Source: a virus. Taken from it: a stretch of 64,000 bases of DNA. The stretch covers positions 7,118-71,117 of IMG/VR virus record IMGVR_UViG_3300022745_000029; one strand, given 5' to 3'. Every line of letters begins with the position of its first letter. Position 1 is the first letter of the stretch. Positions 16,593-24,612 of the stretch are shown here, piece after piece. The notes beneath the pieces are model-generated. The model ran no database searches and had not been told where the DNA came from. It saw only the letters and a list, made by a program, of their open reading frames with translations. Made by a program: the position numbers and the translations under genes.

Positions 16593-18040
16593 ACTTCGCA
16601 GAATTTCTCGACATTCGCTACTGGGCGGGGACGGAAGAGTCCCTGGCCAGCTACCTGATTTCGGTCAAGGAGCTGATCAAGACGGGTGGCGGCATCGTCA
16701 CCGGCGGGCAGGGCGCAGCCTCCGTCCCCGGTGAAGAGGACGTGCCGCGCCTGTTCAGCCAGGTGGGCAACGTCGGAGTCATCCGCATCGCCGGCAGCCT
16801 GACCAACTCCGACAGCCCGTACCTCAAGTACTACGGGATGAGTGGGTACCAAGAGATCCGCGCAGCGCTGGTGTATGCCGCAAACAACGCGGACATCGGC
16901 GCGATCGTGCTCGACATCAACTCGGGTGGCGGTGCAGTGGCCGGTGTGTCGGACACGGCGGACTTGATTTCGGCCATCGACAGCAAGGTCAAACCCATCC
17001 ACGCATTCTCTGACGGCGGGATGATGTCCGCGGCCTACTGGCTTGGCGTCAGCGCGCGCGACGTCACGCTCGGGCGCGTGGCAGAGGCGGGCTCCATCGG
17101 TGTGCTCACCGTGCACATGGAGCAGTCCAAGATGCTGCAGGACCTGGGAGTCACGCCCACGGTCATTCGCTCGGGCAAGTACAAGGCGCTGGGCAATCCG
17201 TACGAGCCCTTGAGCGCCACGGCCACTGCGGAAATTCAGAACCAGGTTGACACGCTTGCCGGCATGTTCACGCAGCACGTGGCGGATTCATTGGGCCAAA
17301 CCTACCAGGCGGTGGACACCAAGATGGGCCAGGGCCGTGTGTTCATCGGCCAGGCGGCAGTCGACATCGGCCTTGCCCAGAAGGTCTCCTCCTTCGACAC
17401 GCTCATCAGCAAAGTACAGGGTGGGATTGACAAGCAGAAAGAGCCACCCAAGTATGGTGCCAACCTTACAAAAGGACAACCTGTGAAGACCGCACTCACC
17501 GAACAACAGATCGCTGCACTGGCCCTCGCCGGCACTGCAGGAACGGTCGCTGAAGGCGCCGCACCTGGCGCTACTGCTGAAGGCGCGCCTGCTGGCGAAC
17601 CCGCAGCTGCAACGCCCGCACCTGTCGCCGAAGACAAGCCCGCAGCTGCAGCACCCGCTGCCCCGGCCGCCAACGAGCTGGTCACCTACCTGCAGGGCCA
17701 ACTGGCCGCTGAGCAGGCCAAGGGCGTCCAGGCCAGCATCGAGATCCGCGACCTGAAGGCTGCGTCGGAGTTGATGACTGCCTCCCACACCAGCATGCGC
17801 GAGATCGTGGAAGGCTCGGTAGCCAGCCTACGCGTGGCCCTCGGCCAGAGCGCATCCAGCTTTGCCGGCGTGCCCGACATGACCCTGCTTGCCGAGCACG
17901 GCCGCTTGATGGCTGACTTCAAGGCCAAATTCAAGGCCGGCGGCGTGGCATCCACGGCTGCCGCCGATACCGAGGACAAGAAGACCCCGGTGCAAGAAGA
18001 CCCCAACCGTGCGCGCCGCCTGGCTGCCACGAGCGCGTAA
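16589..18040 (+). CDS. head maturation protease, S49/SppA family, with C-terminal scaffold
   Basis: IVLDINSGGGAVAG, SAAYWL, GSIGV, SGKYKALGNP, A..GLA motifs. Confidence 0.9.
   Translation: MNFAEFLDIRYWAGTEESLASYLISVKELIKTGGGIVTGGQGAASVPGEEDVPRLFSQVGNVGVIRIAGSLTNSDSPYLKYYGMSGYQEIRAALVYAANNADIGAIVLDINSGGGAVAGVSDTADLISAIDSKVKPIHAFSDGGMMSAAYWLGVSARDVTLGRVAEAGSIGVLTVHMEQSKMLQDLGVTPTVIRSGKYKALGNPYEPLSATATAEIQNQVDTLAGMFTQHVADSLGQTYQAVDTKMGQGRVFIGQAAVDIGLAQKVSSFDTLISKVQGGIDKQKEPPKYGANLTKGQPVKTALTEQQIAALALAGTAGTVAEGAAPGATAEGAPAGEPAAATPAPVAEDKPAAAAPAAPAANELVTYLQGQLAAEQAKGVQASIEIRDLKAASELMTASHTSMREIVEGSVASLRVALGQSASSFAGVPDMTLLAEHGRLMADFKAKFKAGGVASTAAADTEDKKTPVQEDPNRARRLAATSA
17427..17455 (+). promoter_or_regulatory. 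late-promoter motif copy 5 (internal to protease gene)
   Basis: TTGACA-N17-AAGTAT just upstream of in-frame AAAGGA..GTG. Confidence 0.55.
17483..18040 (+). CDS. nested scaffolding protein (lambda Nu3-like internal start)
   Basis: In-frame GTG at 17483 with AAAGGA RBS; Ala/Pro linker plus coiled coil. Confidence 0.6.
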   Translation: MKTALTEQQIAALALAGTAGTVAEGAAPGATAEGAPAGEPAAATPAPVAEDKPAAAAPAAPAANELVTYLQGQLAAEQAKGVQASIEIRDLKAASELMTASHTSMREIVEGSVASLRVALGQSASSFAGVPDMTLLAEHGRLMADFKAKFKAGGVASTAAADTEDKKTPVQEDPNRARRLAATSA

Positions 18041-18062
18041 CCAAAACAAGGAGTAGTCAGTC

Positions 18063-18629
18063 ATGGCCAAATTTCAGATGGGGATCTCCCTCAACACCGA
18101 CGAGAACATCACCGCCCGCCTTGCGGACGGCACCGGCTCGGCCAATCAGTTCGACAAGACCGAGAACAACAAGCTCGTCAAGATGGTGGGCGACAGCCGC
18201 TACGGCCTGTGCGCCGCCGGCGACCCCATCGAAGGCCAGGTCTACGTGGCCAACGACATCGCTCCCGCCGACGGTTTCAACCTCGGCTCTGTGATGCCCC
18301 ACGACGACGGCGCCCGCATCGCTGTCACCCTTGATGGCCTGCAGGCCACGCCCGGCGTCGGCACCGTCGCTGTCGGCGACTACGTGGTGTGCGGCACGGT
18401 GGTGGCGCGCGGCACGTCGCTCAGCGGTGCCAACCCCAAGGTGTGCAAGGCCACCAACCAGCCCGGCGCTGCGGTGACCGCCGCCGACAACCTGGTGGCC
18501 ACGGTCAACGCCGCGATCGCCAAGATGATCGACCAGGCCAAGGTTGCCCAGTTCGGCTGGCGCGTCGTGTCCATCCTGAACGGCGGCACCGGCGCACCTG
18601 GCGACACCGCAGTCATCGAGGCCGTGTAA
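18063..18629 (+). CDS. head decoration/cement protein
   Basis: Beta-rich 188 aa gene between scaffold and capsid; strong AAGGAG RBS. Confidence 0.7.
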   Translation: MAKFQMGISLNTDENITARLADGTGSANQFDKTENNKLVKMVGDSRYGLCAAGDPIEGQVYVANDIAPADGFNLGSVMPHDDGARIAVTLDGLQATPGVGTVAVGDYVVCGTVVARGTSLSGANPKVCKATNQPGAAVTAADNLVATVNAAIAKMIDQAKVAQFGWRVVSILNGGTGAPGDTAVIEAV

Positions 18630-18669
18630 GCACGGGCTCCCAGAACAACAAGAACAAAAGGAGCTTTCC

Positions 18670-19866
18670 GTGACCAAACCTCTCGTTTATATCGACGCTC
18701 AGGGCAACCCGCAGGCTGCTGACCTGACGATCGAAATGTACCGTGACGCCTCAGCTTCCGGTGTCAGCCTGCGCCAGCATCTGGCCACGGTGTACCCCAC
18801 CAACGACACCAAGTACGGCAGCGCTTACGCCCAGTTTCTGGAGCAGTGCGGCATCTTCGTGAAGGCCGACAAGGACCTGGGCCTGCGCCCCTCGTCCATG
18901 GACACCGTCCTGAACCCGAGCAAGGACGCCGCGTCTGCCATCACCAAGGACGGCATCCCCGCCTCCCGTATCCTGTTCCCGGCCGTCTTCCTGGAAGTGA
19001 TCGAGAGCAAGCTGCAGGTGGACTACGCCACCAACCCCAACGCGCTGAACTCCATGATCGCTGTCACCGACAGCATCCAGGGTGACCGCTGGGAGCGCCC
19101 GGTGATCGACTACACCTTGGTAGAAGGTGCCCGCGCCAAGCCCGTGAGCCAGCTGGCCGTGCCCGACGTGATGATGACCATCACCGCGTCCGACAAGGGC
19201 ATGCGCATCCCGAGCTGGGCGATCGGCATGGAGATTTCCGAGCAGGCCCTGCGCTCCACGACCATCGACCTGGTGGGTCTGGCTGTGGCTCGCCAAGCGG
19301 CTGTGGAAGGCAACGAGCGCGCCAACAACTACATCCTGTCGCTGCTCAATGGTGACGCGGACCTTGGCATGGTGGCCCTGAGCACCCTGTCGGGCAAGGT
19401 GACCAAGGCTTCGTCCTACGACAGCACGATCGTTGCTGCCGGCGCGCTGACCCAGAAGGCCTGGATGAGCTGGATCGGCAACCCCCAGCGTGCCAACAAG
19501 CGCGTGATCACCCATATCGTGACCGACTTGGCCACGGCGCTGGCGATCGAGAACCGCTCCGGCAAGCCTGTGGTGACCACGGACAACCCGACCAGCTCGC
19601 GCATCGATACCCTGATGCAGATCATCAACCCGACCTGGACCGAGAACGTCAAGATCTTCTTGTCGAACGACCCCAACTGGCCGGCCAACACGATCATGGG
19701 CCTGGATTCGCGTTACGCCATCCACCGCGTCAACTCACTGACCGCCCAGTACAGCGCCGTCGAGCAGTTTGTGCTCAAGCGCTCCACCGCCATGCGCTTC
19801 GACCGCGGTGAGCTGCTGTACCGCCTGTTCGACGACGCGTTCGACGTGCTGACGCTGATCCCGTAA
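18670..19866 (+). CDS. major capsid protein
   Basis: 398 aa, strongly biased codons, position after decoration gene, AAGGAG RBS. Confidence 0.85.
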   Translation: MTKPLVYIDAQGNPQAADLTIEMYRDASASGVSLRQHLATVYPTNDTKYGSAYAQFLEQCGIFVKADKDLGLRPSSMDTVLNPSKDAASAITKDGIPASRILFPAVFLEVIESKLQVDYATNPNALNSMIAVTDSIQGDRWERPVIDYTLVEGARAKPVSQLAVPDVMMTITASDKGMRIPSWAIGMEISEQALRSTTIDLVGLAVARQAAVEGNERANNYILSLLNGDADLGMVALSTLSGKVTKASSYDSTIVAAGALTQKAWMSWIGNPQRANKRVITHIVTDLATALAIENRSGKPVVTTDNPTSSRIDTLMQIINPTWTENVKIFLSNDPNWPANTIMGLDSRYAIHRVNSLTAQYSAVEQFVLKRSTAMRFDRGELLYRLFDDAFDVLTLIP

Positions 19867-19936
19867 TCAACGCCGGCACCTGCCAGGGGCGAGTCTGCAG
19901 AACTGCGGGCCGCCCCATTTTTCTAGGGCCCCCACC

Positions 19937-20158
19937 ATGAGCAACAAACCCACCCTGACCCTCAACCCACCGGCGCCACCCGCGTCAACGCCTCTCGCGC
20001 CGGCCGCCCCCAAAAAGGGCCTGGTGAGCACGAAGACCGGCCGGCTTGTCCACCTCTTCACCAACGTGCACTTCACGACCGAGCAGAAACTTCACGAAAT
20101 CGACGCGTTCGTGCAGGCACAAGTGGACGCGGGCAAGCTCGTCGTTCAAGACCTCTGA
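19937..20158 (+). CDS. hypothetical virion-associated protein
   Basis: 73 aa ORF after capsid. Confidence 0.65.
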   Translation: MSNKPTLTLNPPAPPASTPLAPAAPKKGLVSTKTGRLVHLFTNVHFTTEQKLHEIDAFVQAQVDAGKLVVQDL

Positions 20159-20179
20159 TCCTAGTGGGGGACCTTCCGC

Positions 20180-20683
20180 ATGGCACTGACGAATTACTGC
20201 GAGTTTGACGAGGTTCGGGCCGCCCTGGGCGTGAACGACCTTGAGCTGAGCGACGCAGTCCTGAGCCTGCCGGTCTACGAGATCGGACTGATCCGGGAGC
20301 TGACGAAGATCTCGTCGTCCTTGCCTGCGGCTTTTTCCTCCATCAACGACAAGGACGAGGCATCGCGTACGTCGGCAGAAGAAGACCTTCTGTCGGCGAC
20401 GCACCTGTTCTGCGTGTACGCCGTAGCCCGCCAGGCGGGCGTGCCGCTGCCCATGATGGCGCCCAAGGACATCGGGGACGGCAAGGCCACCCTGTCCCGC
20501 TTCTCGGGTGAGCCATTCACCGCAGTGCTGTCGGGCATCGACGCCGCGTACAACGCCGCCAAGACCGACCTGCGGGCGTCCCTGGACGCCTACGGCACCA
20601 CCATCACCGCCACCAAGGCTACGGTGCCGATCACCGGGTTCGCCCGCGCGCAGCGCGTCACTGACCCTGTCACGGGGGCCTGA
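20180..20683 (+). CDS. head-tail adaptor protein
   Basis: NYCEFDEVRAALGV N-terminus; synteny. Confidence 0.65.
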   Translation: MALTNYCEFDEVRAALGVNDLELSDAVLSLPVYEIGLIRELTKISSSLPAAFSSINDKDEASRTSAEEDLLSATHLFCVYAVARQAGVPLPMMAPKDIGDGKATLSRFSGEPFTAVLSGIDAAYNAAKTDLRASLDAYGTTITATKATVPITGFARAQRVTDPVTGA

Positions 20684-21513
20684 TGCGCCTGGTCGACGCC
20701 GCCAGCTACTTCGACCGCACGCCAGTGTACGAGGCGGACGGCAGCACGCCCCTGTTCAAGGGGCAGCTGGACGACTACGACGACAGCAAACGCGACTCGG
20801 GCGCCGCGTACCGCCGCATCCTGTCGGTGCGCCCGGGCACAGCCATGCCGGCCACGCGCGCCGTCCGCATGTTCGACCTCACGTGGCTGGTCGGCGCCAA
20901 AGAGACCGACGGCCTTGACCAGGCCCACCGCGACAAGTACGTGCTGCAGCGCGCCGGCGTCAAGCTGACGGTCAACCGCTTGCCAGACTTCGTGTCCGGG
21001 GCGGTCGGCCAGACCAAGTGGGCGGACCCGGAGTGGCTCAAAGACAGCCACGAACTTGCCACCTCGTCCAAGGTGCCGCAGATATTCAGCGTGTTCCTGC
21101 CTCTGGGCACCGACGTGCGCGTGTACGACGTGCTGTGGTACGCCGGCGCCGCGTTCCTCACCATGGCCGTGCGCGACCTGCCGTCGGGCTTCCGCGCTGC
21201 GGAGTGCCTGGAGCTTGACCAGACCGTGCCGGCCATAGCCTCCATCACGCGCCGCACGTACGACCCAGTGGCCGGCAGCTTCACCAGCGCCGCCTCGGTG
21301 GACACACCTTGCCTGCGCGTGCGCTGGCAGAGCCTGTACCTGTACAGCTCACAGTCTGACACCAAGTACCAGGAAGGCGACACCAGCCTCGTGGTCGGCC
21401 CGTCGGTGCCTGTCAGCACGGCCGACAACGTCCTGTTTGACGGCGTCACCTGGCAGGTGCTGGACGTCGACTCGCTCGGCGGCGCCAACGTCATCCACGC
21501 GAGGCTGCTGTGA
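20683..21513 (+). CDS. head closure/neck protein
   Basis: Synteny; beta-rich C-terminus (D.V.FDGVTWQV). Confidence 0.55.
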   Translation: MRLVDAASYFDRTPVYEADGSTPLFKGQLDDYDDSKRDSGAAYRRILSVRPGTAMPATRAVRMFDLTWLVGAKETDGLDQAHRDKYVLQRAGVKLTVNRLPDFVSGAVGQTKWADPEWLKDSHELATSSKVPQIFSVFLPLGTDVRVYDVLWYAGAAFLTMAVRDLPSGFRAAECLELDQTVPAIASITRRTYDPVAGSFTSAASVDTPCLRVRWQSLYLYSSQSDTKYQEGDTSLVVGPSVPVSTADNVLFDGVTWQVLDVDSLGGANVIHARLL

Positions 21514-22076
21514 ACGTCTCCAGCGCCGACCTGGGTCGGTTCTTCACGGGATACAACGCCGTGGTGCGCCGCACGAAAGATTGGGCGCACACCATGCCTG
21601 AGTACCGCCAGTTCGTGTGGGGGGTGTTCTGCCGCATCCTCGGAGAAACCCCGCAGTGGAGTGGCAAGGCCGTGGCCAACTGGAATCTGTCGGTAGGCGG
21701 CCCGGACCTCGACTGGGACCCGAACGTGGGCGACAAGGTGGACATCTGGGGCTCGGCCCACCAGCGCGGAGACGCCAAGTGGATCGAGTACGCCAAGGCT
21801 CGCAACCTGCCGCGCATCCGCGAGATCAACAGCAAGAACCACCGGGTCTGGATCACCAACATGGTCGAAGGTGACGACGACCATGGCAAGTCCAGTACCA
21901 ACTACATACTGAGCCTGCAGTCCGACGACTACTGGGACAAAAAGCTGCGCTGGCAGAACAAGCCGTATGAGACGGCGGACGAGAGCATCCTGTTCATTCA
22001 GGCGCAGCAGTCCGCCAACCCGCGCAACCTGCGCGCCTTCTACAAGAGCTTCGACGCTCTGCTGCCCGGCACATGA
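21510..22076 (+). CDS. neck/tail completion protein
   Basis: TPQWSGKAVANW..S motif typical of HK97 gp10-like neck proteins. Confidence 0.6.
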   Translation: MNVSSADLGRFFTGYNAVVRRTKDWAHTMPEYRQFVWGVFCRILGETPQWSGKAVANWNLSVGGPDLDWDPNVGDKVDIWGSAHQRGDAKWIEYAKARNLPRIREINSKNHRVWITNMVEGDDDHGKSSTNYILSLQSDDYWDKKLRWQNKPYETADESILFIQAQQSANPRNLRAFYKSFDALLPGT

Positions 22077-22480
22077 CCCCCACCCAATTCCAGGCCGCCA
22101 TCAACGCCAACCTCGTCGACTGGCAGGCCACCAACTTTCCGGCCCTGCCCGTCGTCTTCGAGGACGGGCCGGCGCCGGCGCAGGACAGTATTGGCCCCAT
22201 CTGGCTGGACGCCACGTTCCGCTGGTTCGGGTCCCAGTCCACGTCGGTGGGCATCACGGCCGGCGGGCGCTACACCGGTGCGGTGAGCCTGATGGTCTAT
22301 TACCGCCCGGGCGAGGGCACCGCCCAACGCGAAGCCGTGCTTGAGAGCCTGAAGCGTCTGTTCAAGCACCGCCGCATCGGCGGCGCCACCCTGGGCTTCC
22401 CGCAGCGTGCCACGCCGACTGAGGCACTCGGCTGGCGCAAGGCCGGCTTGCTCGTGCCCTTCAACCTAGACGAGGTCTGA
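22073..22480 (+). CDS. tail terminator protein
   Basis: Directly before tail tube; PGEGT motif; size. Confidence 0.65.
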   Translation: MTPTQFQAAINANLVDWQATNFPALPVVFEDGPAPAQDSIGPIWLDATFRWFGSQSTSVGITAGGRYTGAVSLMVYYRPGEGTAQREAVLESLKRLFKHRRIGGATLGFPQRATPTEALGWRKAGLLVPFNLDEV

Positions 22481-22490
22481 CACCCCGGGG

Positions 22491-22520
22491 TTGACTTTCT
22501 CCGACCCATTTGCTGAGTCT
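22491..22520 (+). promoter_or_regulatory. late-promoter motif copy 6
   Basis: CCGGGG-TTGACT-N18-GAGTCT before tail tube gene. Confidence 0.6.
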
Positions 22521-22556
22521 GCTCTGAACTCTCGGCAAATCTAACGGAGATTCTCA

Positions 22557-23789
22557 ATGCCCACCAATGCCTCCAGCTCGTTCGAGCAGCTACGCTACAT
22601 CCCGGAAGCCACCTACGGTGTGATTCCCGGCGCTGGCAACGCTGTGAACCTGCGCATGACCGACCCGACGCTGAAGGCGGCCATTCCCACGGTGGAGTCG
22701 CAGGAAGTGCGCCCCGACCGCCTGTCGACCGGCTTGGTCCGCGTGGACCAGAACATCACCGGCGGCTTCAACTTCGAGCTGTCCGGCAAGGAGTACGACC
22801 CCTTCTTCGAGGGCTTGCTGGGCCAGTCGTTCGCCCACTATGGCACCTCGGGCGTGGGCACCACGTTCGCCATGTCCACCACGTCCAGCACCATCACGGC
22901 GGCTGTGGCCCCCACGACCACCTCGGCCTTCACCAACCTGACCGCGGGCAGCTGGTTCAAGGTCATCCCACCGGCTGGCGCGAGCCAGGCCGTCAAGGAC
23001 TATTTCGCTGACACGTGGTTCAAGGTGCACGCCTCCACGCCGGTGACCACCACCGTCATCACCCTGGACGCCAGCACCCCGATCGCCGCCCCTGGCCTGA
23101 TCTCCAGCACCGCCGGCTACGCCATCAGCCAGTCCGTCATCCAGAACGGCAGCACGGTCAAGTCCTTCGCCATGGAGCTGGCCTACACCGACGTGGTGCA
23201 GTTCCTCACCTACACCGGCTTGCGTGTGAACTCGATGGACCTGGCGATCGACGTCGGCTCCCTCATCACCGGCAGCTTCGACTTCCTGGGCGCCGGCCAC
23301 AGCGCGCAGGGCGTGACCCTGCTGCCCGGCACCCCGGTGGCCAGCCAGACGCTGGACCCGATGAACGCGGTCACCGACGTCGGCTCCATCTACGAGAACG
23401 GCTCCAGCCTGCTTGCCAGCACCAGCTTCATCAAGTCGGTCAAGCTGAACGTGTCCAACAACCTGCGCGGCCAGAAGGCGGTGGGCGTGTTCGGCAACGC
23501 CGGCGTGGGCGTGGGTGAACTCATGCTCACCGGCACCATGGAGGTCTACTTCCAGGACGCCACCTACTACAACAAGTGGCTCAAGGGCACCAACACCAGC
23601 TTGTCCATCGGCGTCGCCGACGGCCTAGGCAACGGCTACCTGGTCGACTTCGACAAGGTCACCTTCAAAGACGGCGCCCTGAACGGCGGCAAGCGCAACG
23701 AGGACGTGATCCTTGCCCTGCCGTTCCAGGCCTTCTACAACCCGACGACCGGCCGCGGTATCCGCATCACGCGCGGCGTCTCGTCGTAA
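22557..23789 (+). CDS. major tail tube protein
   Basis: LRYIPEATYG..P, ESQEVR.DR, GGFNFEL, TGTMEVYF motifs of siphovirus tail tubes. Confidence 0.85.
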   Translation: MPTNASSSFEQLRYIPEATYGVIPGAGNAVNLRMTDPTLKAAIPTVESQEVRPDRLSTGLVRVDQNITGGFNFELSGKEYDPFFEGLLGQSFAHYGTSGVGTTFAMSTTSSTITAAVAPTTTSAFTNLTAGSWFKVIPPAGASQAVKDYFADTWFKVHASTPVTTTVITLDASTPIAAPGLISSTAGYAISQSVIQNGSTVKSFAMELAYTDVVQFLTYTGLRVNSMDLAIDVGSLITGSFDFLGAGHSAQGVTLLPGTPVASQTLDPMNAVTDVGSIYENGSSLLASTSFIKSVKLNVSNNLRGQKAVGVFGNAGVGVGELMLTGTMEVYFQDATYYNKWLKGTNTSLSIGVADGLGNGYLVDFDKVTFKDGALNGGKRNEDVILALPFQAFYNPTTGRGIRITRGVSS

Positions 23790-23823
23790 TGAATCTGGCG
23801 GGCCAAGACCCGCCTGATGCGAT

Positions 23824-23845
23824 GCCCGCCGCGAGCGGGCGTTTT
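23824..23845 (+). terminator. Rho-independent terminator
   Basis: GCCCGC-CGCGA-GCGGGC-GTTTT after tail tube gene. Confidence 0.55.
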
Positions 23846-23869
23846 CCAACCCACTAGAAGAAAAACAAC

Positions 23870-24271
23870 ATGGACATTTTTGCAACCTACGCGACCGACG
23901 AAAAGGCCGAGGTCGAAGGCCGCTGGCTGCCCCTGGGCGACGCCGAGTTTCTGGTCGCACGTGCCGGCAACCACAAGTACAACGCCGCCGTGAAGGCCGC
24001 GTTTGAGGCCAACAAGCTCACGCTTGACGCCGGCGGCGCAGCGGCCGAGGCCCGTGCCAACGAGATCTTTGCCGACGTCATGGCCAACACCATCCTGCTG
24101 GGCTGGAAGGGCGTGATGCGCGCCGGCAAGCCCTGGGACTACAGCTACACCGCCGCTCGCGCCGCCCTGGGCCTGAAGGAGTTCCGCCTGCGCATCTCCG
24201 CGCTGGCCGACAACTACGAAAACTTCCTGGTCAAGGAAGAGGAAGCCCAGGGAAACGTCTCGCAGGGATAG
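23870..24271 (+). CDS. tail assembly chaperone (gpG-like)
   Basis: Between tube and tape measure; ends with slippery G GGA AAC at 24250-24256. Confidence 0.8.
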   Translation: MDIFATYATDEKAEVEGRWLPLGDAEFLVARAGNHKYNAAVKAAFEANKLTLDAGGAAAEARANEIFADVMANTILLGWKGVMRAGKPWDYSYTAARAALGLKEFRLRISALADNYENFLVKEEEAQGNVSQG

Positions 24272-24606
24272 TCCAGTGGGGGGCCAAGTGGGGCCCCCAC
24301 TTGGCATCCCTGAGGGCTGCTGCAGCCAAGGGCGGGGCGGCCGGCGAGAGGTTCCGCCACATCCTTGCCAGCGCGCCGCGCGCGAAGCCCGAGGACGAGG
24401 AGTACCTCAACGCCTACAACGAGCTTGACGACGGCCGCTGCATGGGGGCCGTTGCCCCCAACCCAATCCCCACCTCAGAGATCGTTCTGTACTGCGTGGG
24501 GGTGGGGGTTGCTTCTCCAGACGCGCGGGCCAAGTATCTCCGCTTGATCCGTCGGATGGACCGCGCCTACCTGGCGCACTGGGCAGAGAACAACAAGAAG
24601 AAATAG
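24256..24606 (+). CDS. tail assembly chaperone gpGT C-terminal part, reached by -1 frameshift
   Basis: -1 frame open from the slippery site to 24606; no good own RBS/ATG. Confidence 0.75.
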   Translation, partial: RLAGIVQWGAKWGPHLASLRAAAAKGGAAGERFRHILASAPRAKPEDEEYLNAYNELDDGRCMGAVAPNPIPTSEIVLYCVGVGVASPDARAKYLRLIRRMDRAYLAHWAENNKKK

Positions 24607-24612
24607 CGGCCT

